Virus record (IMG/VR): IMGVR_UViG_3300037963_002079
Length of the DNA stretch: 64,000 nt
Origin: an uncultured virus (IMG/VR IMGVR_UViG_3300037963_002079)
Lineage: Duplodnaviria > Heunggongvirae > Uroviricota > Caudoviricetes
Direction: 5' to 3' (one strand)
Made by a program: the position numbers and the translations under genes
Shown: piece after piece, positions 18,304 through 29,300 of the stretch
How the letters are laid out: every line of letters starts with the position of its first letter
Position numbering within the stretch: position 1 is the first letter of the stretch
Notes under the pieces: generated by a model
Databases searched by the model: none
The model's input: the letters and a program-made list of their open reading frames with translations, nothing else
Told to the model about the DNA's origin: nothing

Positions 18304-19337
18304 TATCTTATTACGTAATTTAATCCTAATTTAAAATCATACCATTCTCTATTCCAATACTTATTGTATTTACCTTCTACAAAGATACCAAATTGTTTTG
18401 TAAATTTCTGTCCAAATATCAAACCTCCTGAATAATCGTACCATTGTCCATCTACATCATAATGATAATTAAAATCATTACCATCATTATAATGCCAAGG
18501 CAATAAGTTACCCCAACTATGTATCCAAAAATCTTTTTTATAGTAATAATAATCAAAACCAATAACTATAGAATGATTCCATATTCTATCTAATTCATTT
18601 CTCTTTCTTTCTGTATATTGAGATAGTACATCTGGTATTACCACTTGTTCCCAAACATCATTAGATGTAGCTACTAAATCACCATTAGAGTTATAATACA
18701 TTTCATGATATACATCTACATTATATCCTTCTTGTAATGCTAAGTATGTATAATGTATACCACCATTATCTAACTTCCATTGGTCTAATGGGTCATATCC
18801 ATATGGTTCTGCTATACGTTGTACAATACCACCATTAAAAACAAACCCCCCTACCTTATACTTATATCTTTGTGATGTTTCAAAATATTCTACATCTGCA
18901 AAACCATCAACAAGATACTCAGCTTTTAATATGTAGTCATATACTGTGTGTCTAACAAAATGATGTTGGTCCAAATACTCTACACCCTCTTGTCTTTTGT
19001 AATCTATTTGAAATAAAAACTCAGGTCCTTTTACTTTACCAATAGTAGCAGCGTCACTATAATTAGATTCTGTACCATCATAAAATGTATTTGCTTTGTT
19101 TTCGTAACCAAACCTAGCTATCTTTCTGATACCTACAGTAAGATTAAAGTCATACGGTGTTTGTATTGTTTCAGTAGTTAAACCATCTTGTACAGAAAAT
19201 ATTTCAACATCTGAAACAGATGTACCACCATTAACAGCTGCATAGAATGTAGAAAATTTAAAAATCTTTTCTATATCTATTTGTGATTTACCAAACAAAG
19301 GTAGTAATAGAAAAATAAATATTAATATTTTTTTCAT
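18303..19337 (-). CDS. putative outer-membrane beta-barrel protein
   Basis: Sec signal ending near Gln; aromatic-rich amphipathic strands; C-terminal YDFKLGLNY resembles a beta-signal. Confidence 0.65.
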   Translation of the reverse strand: MKKILIFIFLLLPLFGKSQIDIEKIFKFSTFYAAVNGGTSVSDVEIFSVQDGLTTETIQTPYDFNLTVGIRKIARFGYENKANTFYDGTESNYSDAATIGKVKGPEFLFQIDYKRQEGVEYLDQHHFVRHTVYDYILKAEYLVDGFADVEYFETSQRYKYKVGGFVFNGGIVQRIAEPYGYDPLDQWKLDNGGIHYTYLALQEGYNVDVYHEMYYNSNGDLVATSNDVWEQVVIPDVLSQYTERKRNELDRIWNHSIVIGFDYYYYKKDFWIHSWGNLLPWHYNDGNDFNYHYDVDGQWYDYSGGLIFGQKFTKQFGIFVEGKYNKYWNREWYDFKLGLNYVIR

Positions 19338-21520
19338 TGTTTTAAATTTTTCTCTACACTACCATCGTCATATATATAAAACAATAGTTGATTTTTATTT
19401 TCTACTACAGGTCTACCTAATATATCTACAATCATAATTAACTGTTTCGTTCGTTTTGGTAACGGCCCTGTCCAAGTACCTTCACAATAGTCATATGTTA
19501 ATTGACATATATTGTCCCATTCATTTTCACAACAATACTCATCAACATCTATAACCCAAGCATAACAAGGGTCATTTAACCAATATGGTTCTCCAGGTCC
19601 TGTTATACATTCTGCGTCATAAAAACATGAATCTTCTATATTTACATTAGCTAGTTCATTATATGTGTGCGCATCTTGGTCCATACATCCTTCAACCACA
19701 TCAATACACGAACCATTGTCAGTATTAGCTTCTGGATTATAATTAAGAGCAGTACTATCAGTACAACCATAGATATAATCAATACAACTAAAATCTTCTG
19801 TATTAGCTTCGGGGTTGTAATTAAGTGCAGTAGGGTCAGTACACCCGATAATATAAGGAACACAAGAATTATTGTCAGCATTTGCAAGTGGATTAAAATT
19901 AAACATTGTTGAATCTGTACATCCATATACAAATGGTTCGCAACTTCCATCATCTGTATTACAACTATCACAATAGTTAAACATAGTTGGGTCTGTGCAA
20001 CCATATATCAATGGTATACATGTAGAATCGTCTACGTTTGCATTAGGATTATAATTAAATGCTAATGGATTCATACATCCATATATTATATCTATACAAC
20101 TACCAGGTAATTCTACATTTGCATTTGGGTTGTAATTTAAAGCTGTACTATCCATACATCCTAAAACTATTAAAGTTTCACAAGAACCATTATCATAATC
20201 GGCTGTAGAATCATATTCTAAAAATAGAGGATTCATACAACCTGGATTATAATAACAACTACCGTCATCAGTGTTGACAGAGTCAGTATAATTAACAGCT
20301 GTACTATCAGTACAACCGAATAGTTTTTCTTCACATGTATTACCACAGTTTGTTATTATATGATATGGTAATAATGGTTGTATAAATGGAGGCATAATAC
20401 TTATCAAAGTATCACCCTCTGGATTTATAAATGTAAAACCACATTCTATTGTAGTTAAACTTGCCTGTGACGATATATGAAATCTAAATGTTACTGGGTC
20501 AGGCGCGGTTAATCCTATTTGATATTCATCTATAAAACCACCTGTATGTGTAAATTGATAAGATGTATCTGGATGTATCACTTTTAAATGTGAACCAACC
20601 CATCCATTACCCATAAGGTCATGTAGTATCAATGTATACTCACAAGTATCTATAAGTTCCATAGTATTTGCTGTACTATCATAATTGTACATTGTACTGT
20701 CTATACATCCAAATATTTTTAATGTTTGACAACTCCCGTCATCTATATCTGCAAATGGATTCCATTCTACATAATCATCATCTGTACACCCATATATAGG
20801 TGGACAAGAATCTGAAACAAATATATGTGATGTGTCGTTACCAAAAGCTGGGTTTGTACCATACACTAATGTATCATTACATTGTTTTACAAAATACGAA
20901 CCATCTTGACCCTGCCACAAACTCCCATTTAAACCATCACCGTACGTATCATATATAGTAAATATTAAATTACCTTTAGGTATTTGTACAGGAATTACTA
21001 TTGTAGAGTAATCTGGTTGTGTATTATAATTACCACCCATAGCATATACATTACCATTTGTATCCTTTATATCCCAAGATGTTTCACTTTGATACTGGTC
21101 TAAGTTTATTATAACTTTAGCTGGAACTAACTGAACTGGTGGTGGTTGTGGCATACATTGTGGTACAACTCTATTATGTATTAATCCTGAAGTAAATGTA
21201 CTAGTAGGATAATCAACTACGGTGTCTCCACATATACTTACATAATACTCCCCATTAGTTATACCGTCTCCATAAGAATCGAATATAACAAAAGATATAT
21301 TAGTAATACTATCTGGAATGTACACTGTATCACTATTAACAGTATTGTTTTGTGTATAATACCCATAAGGAACATGGGCTAATGTATCACCTTGATAAAC
21401 AGAATCATATAACACCCATTTTGTTTCTCCTGGATATACATCTGTTTTAATAGTTATAATGACTTCCTTTTGTCCGAAAGTTAACAATGGTAATAATAAA
21501 AATAATAATAATTTTTTCAT
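19334..21520 (-). CDS. secreted Cys-rich repeat protein with T9SS-like C-terminal sorting domain
   Basis: Signal peptide; two DxYGDG domains; 11 GC[TMI][DN]...C repeats; C-terminus DILGR...YIYDDGSVEK. Confidence 0.75.
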   Translation of the reverse strand: MKKLLLFLLLPLLTFGQKEVIITIKTDVYPGETKWVLYDSVYQGDTLAHVPYGYYTQNNTVNSDTVYIPDSITNISFVIFDSYGDGITNGEYYVSICGDTVVDYPTSTFTSGLIHNRVVPQCMPQPPPVQLVPAKVIINLDQYQSETSWDIKDTNGNVYAMGGNYNTQPDYSTIVIPVQIPKGNLIFTIYDTYGDGLNGSLWQGQDGSYFVKQCNDTLVYGTNPAFGNDTSHIFVSDSCPPIYGCTDDDYVEWNPFADIDDGSCQTLKIFGCIDSTMYNYDSTANTMELIDTCEYTLILHDLMGNGWVGSHLKVIHPDTSYQFTHTGGFIDEYQIGLTAPDPVTFRFHISSQASLTTIECGFTFINPEGDTLISIMPPFIQPLLPYHIITNCGNTCEEKLFGCTDSTAVNYTDSVNTDDGSCYYNPGCMNPLFLEYDSTADYDNGSCETLIVLGCMDSTALNYNPNANVELPGSCIDIIYGCMNPLAFNYNPNANVDDSTCIPLIYGCTDPTMFNYCDSCNTDDGSCEPFVYGCTDSTMFNFNPLANADNNSCVPYIIGCTDPTALNYNPEANTEDFSCIDYIYGCTDSTALNYNPEANTDNGSCIDVVEGCMDQDAHTYNELANVNIEDSCFYDAECITGPGEPYWLNDPCYAWVIDVDEYCCENEWDNICQLTYDYCEGTWTGPLPKRTKQLIMIVDILGRPVVENKNQLLFYIYDDGSVEKNLKQ

Positions 21521-21867
21521 TAAAAGTCTTCCATTAATAGTTCATCTATATATTCTTGCAACTCTTCTCTAGTTGCTTTTATAGCAAACGATATGTCTGC
21601 TTGTAATCTTTTTACTTCTTCTCCGTCCTTATATATTACAATAGTAGGAACTACTACTATTTCATGTTTTTGTTGTGCTTTAGTGTTTTCTGCTATATCT
21701 ATATATTTTATTTTATCTACATCAGATAACTTGTTTAACCACTCTACATCATTTGAAGAGTTCCAACTTGCATTAAACTGGGTTATCGTTATCTGCGAAT
21801 ATAGCAATGATGGACACAAGTAACAAAATAAAAGCAACGAATAAATTTTCCATACAGAATTTTCCAT
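21520..21867 (-). CDS. exported thioredoxin-fold protein lacking CxxC
   Basis: Signal-like N-terminus; FNASWNSSN where WCxxC is expected; VPTIVIYKDGEEVKR cis-Pro strand. Confidence 0.7.
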   Translation of the reverse strand: MENSVWKIYSLLLFCYLCPSLLYSQITITQFNASWNSSNDVEWLNKLSDVDKIKYIDIAENTKAQQKHEIVVVPTIVIYKDGEEVKRLQADISFAIKATREELQEYIDELLMEDF

Positions 21868-22157
21868 TATCTTCTGGTTAGTTCATCAATTTTTTCTTCT
21901 ATTCTGTCTAAATCTTCTTTTATCTCTTCAACATCTTCTTGAGTATTTTCGATAGTTAGGCGTATGTTTTTATCCTTCATATCAAATTCCATCCTAGTTA
22001 CATCTGGTGGAGGTGGTACTGGTAATTCTTTCGCTTCTGCTATATCTGCTTGTAGTGTAAACCACATACCAGCAATTGTAGCTACTGCAAAACCTAGTCC
22101 TATAATTGTTTTAATGCTTAATACAAAACCAGTATCCTCGTTTAATTCTTTTGCCAT
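21867..22157 (-). CDS. single-TM coiled-coil protein
   Basis: TM IIGLGFAVATIAGMWF, Pro linker, heptad C-terminus. Confidence 0.65.
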   Translation of the reverse strand: MAKELNEDTGFVLSIKTIIGLGFAVATIAGMWFTLQADIAEAKELPVPPPPDVTRMEFDMKDKNIRLTIENTQEDVEEIKEDLDRIEEKIDELTRR

Positions 22158-22161
22158 AATA

Positions 22162-22266
22162 TTATTTTTTACAACAGTTATCTAATTTACAACAACACTC
22201 ACACCATTTAAAACATACTAGTCCAAATGTTATAGCTTGAACCCATTTACATATTTTATTTTTCAT
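22162..22266 (-). CDS. 34-aa Cys-rich peptide (not in ORF track)
   Basis: MKNKICKWVQAITFGLVCFKWCECCCKLDNCCKK*; 8 Cys; fills the intergenic gap. Confidence 0.6.
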   Translation of the reverse strand: MKNKICKWVQAITFGLVCFKWCECCCKLDNCCKK

Positions 22267-22282
22267 AATTTTATTTTATTTA

Positions 22283-23080
22283 TTATTCTTCTGCATTTAT
22301 TTCAGAAAATACTGGTTCATTACCTGTTGAACCAAATGTACCGACAAATCCTTGTTTTGAATCTGTTACTGTATTTCCTGTTCCTTCATTAAACTTCCAA
22401 TGCGCAATCAATGTTCCTACTGTTCTTACATTAGATGGATTTGATTTACCACTATTATATAGGGTAGTTACATTACTTGCTGTAAGCACATCACTATAAA
22501 CCGCAAAGTCATCTAAATAACCATTATAATCTGCATTACCATTGAATGATGTACCAGATAAAAATTCTACACCACTAGCACCAGCTTGACCAAGGGTACT
22601 ATCAGCAGTGTCATCAAAATCTCCAGTTAAAGTAGCTGGCAAAGTCTGAGTTGCTCTTAAACTACCATCATAGTATATCTTTAGTTCGTTTTCACCAGCT
22701 CTATCCCAAGTCACTACTATATGGTGAAAATTACCGTCACCTTCTTGTGTTCCTGATGGATTGTGGTTTACTGTTCTGTTAGTACCACCCGCTCTATATG
22801 TTCCTGTAAAACTATCGTCACCATGTTTGTACTGTAGTTGTATTCTATTATCTTCATCTATAGCAAAGTCCCACATCTGTCCGTTAGAACCCGTCACATT
22901 AACTCTAGCCCATATAGACACAGAACCTGTTAATTTAAAATTACCATCAACTAAAGCTGCTTGAAAACCAGTAGAAGTAAAATCTACTTCATCGTTACTA
23001 CCATCGAATAATAACGAATAGTTTTTTTCCGCGACACTAACTACGTTAGTAGATACAGTACTTGATATACCAACTCTCAT
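22283..23080 (-). CDS. LamG/concanavalin-like domain protein, probable head fibre
   Basis: SLLFDGSND, SVSIW, HHIVVTWD, GYLDDFAVY, HWKFNEGTG. Confidence 0.8.
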   Translation of the reverse strand: MRVGISSTVSTNVVSVAEKNYSLLFDGSNDEVDFTSTGFQAALVDGNFKLTGSVSIWARVNVTGSNGQMWDFAIDEDNRIQLQYKHGDDSFTGTYRAGGTNRTVNHNPSGTQEGDGNFHHIVVTWDRAGENELKIYYDGSLRATQTLPATLTGDFDDTADSTLGQAGASGVEFLSGTSFNGNADYNGYLDDFAVYSDVLTASNVTTLYNSGKSNPSNVRTVGTLIAHWKFNEGTGNTVTDSKQGFVGTFGSTGNEPVFSEINAEE

Positions 23081-23081
23081 A

Positions 23082-23324
23082 TTAAAATACTACTAAAATA
23101 TTAGATGCTGTTGTCCCTGTACTAAATACTTTTTTTACAAATATAGGATGTACTATACCAGCCGCAATACTATTAAATGTTAAAGTATCGCCTTCTGTAG
23201 TAGTAACTTTAATATTTCCTGAAGTTCCTACATATAGAAAACCTGGTTTATCTAAATCTGCACTATCTGAAGCAGTTACCGCAGCTCCTCTTGTAGCGTA
23301 TGTATCATTTAAATTTCTTGCCAT
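23082..23324 (-). CDS. head spike base protein (RcGTA Rcc01079-like)
   Basis: AVTASD..DL...LYVGTSGNI.V...GDTLTF...AG...PI.V..V..TGTTA pattern. Confidence 0.75.
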   Translation of the reverse strand: MARNLNDTYATRGAAVTASDSADLDKPGFLYVGTSGNIKVTTTEGDTLTFNSIAAGIVHPIFVKKVFSTGTTASNILVVF

Positions 23325-23347
23325 TTTTTTTAATTTATATTATTTTA

Positions 23348-23355
23348 CAAAGATA
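23348..23355 (-). promoter_or_regulatory. TAnnTTTG -7 promoter element
   Basis: TATCTTTG in the intergenic gap after the RNAP gene. Confidence 0.65.
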
Positions 23356-23362
23356 ATAAAAC

Positions 23363-26300
23363 TTATCGTATTATTTCGCTTTCTCTTTCAGAAGTACTTT
23401 CTAATGAACTTTCTAACTTTCTTCTAGTCTTACCAAATGGAGCAACATCATACTTTAATTCTGTTTCCCATTTTTCTGTATTACCTTCTGACATACCATC
23501 TAAAATCTTACCAATACTTTCTATTAAACCTACACTAGAAGGTATAAAAGTATAATTAATATGTCTATTGTAATCTGATATTACATTAATATCTTTATTA
23601 AGTTTTTTAAGATTTCTTAATACTGTACCATCAGTTTCATCTTCTTCATCCATAACTAATATAAGTGTCGCTACAATTCCTGCTAACGCCACACCTCTTA
23701 TATAGGCACCCATTTCTCTTTGTTGTTCTACACTCATTTTATTATACGCGTCTTGCATTTGTTCTAAGGTAATTTCACCTTCTCTAAACTGTCTATACAA
23801 ATCTTTTATATAATTACCAGTTGCAGTATAACTACCTATTTGCACTTCTCCAAACCTGTCTATATCGTGTTGTTGGAATCTGTCACCTATTAAAGTAACA
23901 AACCATTTTTTAAATTGTAAAGCCGCCCTACCTAAAGCGTAAGTACCTAATAACCTACCATCTAGAGCTGTATAACCTTCACCATGTAAAGTAGCTATTC
24001 TAGAATTTATTTGTGCAACTCTTCTTTGTGATATTTCACCTGATATATATTCTTCTTCAGTTAACATACTAAGAAAGGCAGCACCTTGTATATAGTTTTC
24101 CGTTTTATCCATAAATACATACGAAGCTCTTTCTATCTTACCAAACACTCCTTTTTTGTTGTCAAGATGTACAAAGTCACTAAAACTATATTCTATAATT
24201 CTGTATTTTTCTAATAACTTTTGTGAGTATCCCCAATCTTTCCAATACCTTTTTTCACCTAATTTAAATGTTTTACCACCACGTTTTCTATACTCCTGAT
24301 ATTTACCAGCTAATACATTACCCACTGCTACTAATGGATTAAAACCTAATACATTTAAAGATGTAAGTCTTACTAAAAAGTCTATTATTTTTTCTACTGT
24401 ATTTAATCTAGGTTTTTTCTTTTCTAAAAATGAATCTTTCCAAACCCTAGTTAAATATTCTGCCGCGTTTTTATTTCCATTTTCTTTATTAAATTCTATT
24501 ACAGCGTCTACTAATACAGACATGTTAGACATACCTACAAAAGGATTTTCATCTAAGTTGTTTGGTTTTCCATTTCTATCTCTAGTTACATCTCCATATT
24601 TAAATAACATACCTCTAACATATTCTAACAGAGCTCCATTTAAATCCATCGACATATGTTCAAATTCTGTAAGTTGTCTTCTTTTTATTTCTTGTATCAA
24701 TGCTTTATCTGCTTCAGATAATTCACCTTCGTATCCATTAGCCATTCTCATAATTGCATCACCATCATCTATAAGTGCGTCAATTTCTGCATCAGTAAGT
24801 GTAATATCACTACCGTCCTCATGTTTACCTTGTTTTTTTAATCTAGTTGCTTTTCTTTTAAGTTTTTCTAATGTTTCTACATTCTTTATTCTTTCTTTTG
24901 CTGTAGCTCCACTACTCTTTAAATATGTTCTTATAGTACTGAGTGGCATTAAAACTTGTGTACCACCAACATCAAAATATAGTTTTACATTTTCTACGTA
25001 CATATTTTTACCCATTCTCATATCATACAAACCAAACAAACCTTCTCTACCAAACATTTCTAAATCACCCATTTTTATATTTTTAATAAAATCAGTTTTT
25101 TCTTGTTTTATAATATCAGAAAATCTTTTGTTTATATCTTGATACATTTTCCAGTAGTTGTATTCTTGTTGTGTTATAGAACTACGTTTACTTTTCATTT
25201 GTTCTTTAGACAACAATACAATTCTACCATTTTTATCTCTATTAGTTATGTTACCATACAATAACTCATATCTTTGAGCCATGTTTAACCTTCCTTTTAT
25301 TTTTTCTATTGTAGATATACCAGCTAATTTACTATCAATTAACTCATTATGTACTTTATTTATTTCAGCTACATACTTTCTATTTCTTTGTAAATAGTTA
25401 TAATAATTTTTTTCTATTTCATTAATCATGTATTGTATTTCTGGTCTACGTGATGTCATATTATTAGAACCTAACCACTTTCTAAACCAAGTTATATCAT
25501 CTGATTTTGCTGGTTTAACAAATTTAAATGATTGTATATCTGCTTGTTCTTGTAAAAAGTCTGACTGTTCTCTAAATGCTCTTTGTGCTATTTCTTTTCT
25601 AACTAAATGTTTTGCTCTATTACTTGCACTACCATCTAACTTATTTAACTTTTTAACCGCATTAAATAAATCATCCATAGACATCTTTTTAATTTTTGCA
25701 TCAGTAAGTTTTTCTACGATAAAATCTTCTGACAAATTGTAGTCTATAACATATTGTTTATATCTTTGTTGTAGTCTTTTATATATAATAGAACCTTTTG
25801 TTAAGGACTTTATAGTTATACCTTTATCTTGTAACCACTCATCAAATGACAAAAGATTTGTTTCTTCCATATATTCTACACTCTCAGTAACATTTCTGTC
25901 AAAAGCTTTTTTAGCTCTTCTGTTTTCTGTAGCTGTAGAGGGTTTACCAACAATCTTGTGTATGTATATTGGTTTTTTACCTTCTATAAAATCTTTATGA
26001 TACTTCGTACCATTTTCTTTCATATCTTGAAAGTTGTCATATCCTTCAGACCTAGCAAATGCATCTTTATCTGTAATCTCATCCAAACTATTTCTTTTAA
26101 TAGCAGGTGATATTTCAACCAAAGTACTACCAGGTGTAATTAACTTAACTATATTACCACCAGTGTCATTATAACTGAAACCATGCGCTATTGTTTTTTT
26201 GTTGCCAGATATAATAGACTGTTCTTCTGAAGTTGTTAATTTCATTTTACCATCAAAAGTATCTCCTGATTCTCTTTCTTTTGTTGATTCTTCTATAAGT

Positions 26301-29300
26301 CTATCTTCTATATTTTTTATTTCTTTTAACTCTTGTTGAATTTCAGATTCTGCTTGTTCAATAATATCAATACCCTTAACACCCGTTGGTATTGCTTCTT
26401 GCATATAATTTATAGCCTTTTGTATATCTTTATTTAAAAGTTGTATTTCTACATTATCAAACAAAGGTATTATAGATTCTTCTTTAAAACCAAAATCAAA
26501 AAATCTATATTCAATATTTATCATTGTGTCTTTTTGTTCTGCAGTCAACTGACTGAAATCTTTTTTGATTTCTTGTATTTCTGATTCTGTAAGAAATTCA
26601 TTAAGTATTTGTTTGTTTGTAACTATAATTTCCCTACCCTTACTATTAGTTACAACTTTTAAAGACTGTAAAAATTTATTATTAGGATTCTCTTCTTTCA
26701 TTGTCTTAAAGTCTTCAACTAAACTAGACAATCTTCTACTAGAGTTTATAACATCAATATACTCTGCGAGTTTTTCTTTTATTATATGATTTATTATTTT
26801 GTTTTTTTGTTGGTCTGAATAATAGAAAAATTTACTATTTGCGTCTGTATACACTTCTTCTGTAATAGATTGCATATAAGGTGTGTATCTTATATCAGTA
26901 GAACTAGCTCTTGTTAAAACTAACTCCATCAACTCTTGAGCATGTGTTAATATAGGATTTGTAAATAAATTACCAAGTTTATTTTCTTTGTAATTTTTAA
27001 TACTTGGTTTTATTCTGTTATTTTTTATTAATTCTATTTTTCTTAAAGTAGCTCTTAACTCTAAAGGATTTTTAATTATACCTTGATGTACAGTAAACAT
27101 TTGACCTATAGGTTGTGCTATAGTTTTATTAAACTCTTGTAAATTATATATTATAGTTAATATTTTATTTTCTTCTTTGGTAAGGTTTCTACCTAAAAAC
27201 TTTATAAAATCACTAGATTTTTTACCTGGTCGTTTTGTTTTACCAATTAACTGTTGTATCGTATTTTTAGACGAAGTAAACTTTTTACCATTTGTAGTGT
27301 CTAACCAATCGAAATATGATTTAGCTACATCAGATGTATATATATCTTTTACTTGTTGTAAAGAATATCCCAGTCTTCTCAACATTACAAAACCCGCAGC
27401 TGAATTAAAATTAATACCCAAACCTTCTGCATACTGATGTTTTGCGTTGTCTAATACTATGTTAAGAATCTGTGCTAGACCAAACCAGTTACCCTTACCA
27501 TCTTCTAATGCTACATCATCAAAAAACCTATCTACCTTTCTACCCTCTATATCTATTTCAAAACCTAACTCTACTCCAGAATTAGAAAATACATTTAATG
27601 TTCTTTGTAATGCAGCTACAATACCAACTAACTTTTTTGTTGGTACATTTTCTTTAAAAGTTTGACTATCACCTGTTGGTGTAAGTTGTGATTCAGGTCT
27701 TTTTCTGTCTTCTCCTAGTATGTTATTAACTTCGTTTTCAAATTCTATATCAGCTGTTATTTCTTTTCTTACATCTTGTTTACTAACTAAATCAACATAC
27801 AAATCAAAAAACTCATTACTATCATTTCTCCAATCATCTGCACTTTTTATTTCGTTTTCATTGTATTTAAAATTCATGTGTATAGAATCTCCATCTAAGT
27901 CAGCTCCCCAATATTTAGACACTTTAGCTGGTATAGTTATCTTAGATGTAGGTGTACCTTCTAGTTGTTGATGAAAACCTTTTACTACAAATACAGATGT
28001 ACTTACCTTACCATGTGATGGTATTCTAGTACCTAAAAACAAATCTCCTACCTTAACACCTTGTTGTTGTAAATAACCAGGAACAAACGCTTCCGAAACT
28101 ACTACATCTCTACCATCTATATTACGTGTAACAAACGATTCTAGACCCATACCTAAAGAAGATGATTGATAAGCTATACTACCTTTTGTATACATTTTAG
28201 TCCCTTTCTTTTGTACTCTACCTCTAGCTATTGCATTATATATGTCATTCATAGCTGGGTATCTACCATCTATATCTCCAAACAAAGACGATAACAACTG
28301 ACCATATATACCTGGGTCTACAGAACTTTTAAAACTTTCCATCTCTTTAAATATTTGTTCTGTTGTAGCTCCTAACTCACTTATCATTCCTTCATCAAAG
28401 TTTCTTTCTTGATTACTTTTTTCCATCACATTTTTTCTTAACTGTAACATTCTGTTAAGTATTTCAACATTTGCAGGACTATACATGTTGTTATTCAAAT
28501 GATAAAATAATTGTGACGGATAATATCTTTCGTCTGTTTGTTTGTCTAATTCTAACTGTATACCTAATCCCTTACCATCTAAACCTACAAAAACTCTATT
28601 AGCATCGTTAATATCTCCCTCCATAAATATTTCATCTTGTTTGCTTAATATGTTTTGTAAATTCGTGTCATCCAAATTACGTACATCATACACATACTGC
28701 CCACCCTTTTTACCACTCACACCATCAAACCAAAGTTTTGCAGATGATTCTGAAGCAGCTATTACCAAATTTCCATGTGCAAACATATCTATAAACTCTA
28801 AATTTGGTATAGTTGCATCAGCTATACTCATGTTTCTTTCTCTAAGTAGAGTTGCTATATTTCTATGCACTTCACTTGTTTGTTCCATCTCTGGTGTTAA
28901 TACCTGTACAGCGAACTTTAAATACACTGTACTTCCATCTTCTTGTCTATAGTTATAAACAAACTTATAAACACCACCAACATCTCTAACACCAGCATAT
29001 TTATCTGTAATTATTTTAGCTTGTTCTGGTAATATATAACCAGCAGCATCATTTTCAATTGACACATCTACACCTTCTGGTATTTCATCTTCTGTATATA
29101 AATTACCGTTATCATCTACATAATAATCTTTAACAATTATAGGTTCAAAAGAAGTATTGTGGTCATATGTCATATGTGACGCAATAGTACCCGCCAATCT
29201 TTTTACGTAATCTACTTCGTTCTTAGCTTGTTTATGGTCATATGCTAACAGTTGTTGAGCCATAAATCTATTACCTATATAACTAATTAGGTAGTTCTCA

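Noticed and set aside
19600..20800. CRISPR-like array
   Set aside because: Repeats are degenerate, in frame and conserved at the protein level only
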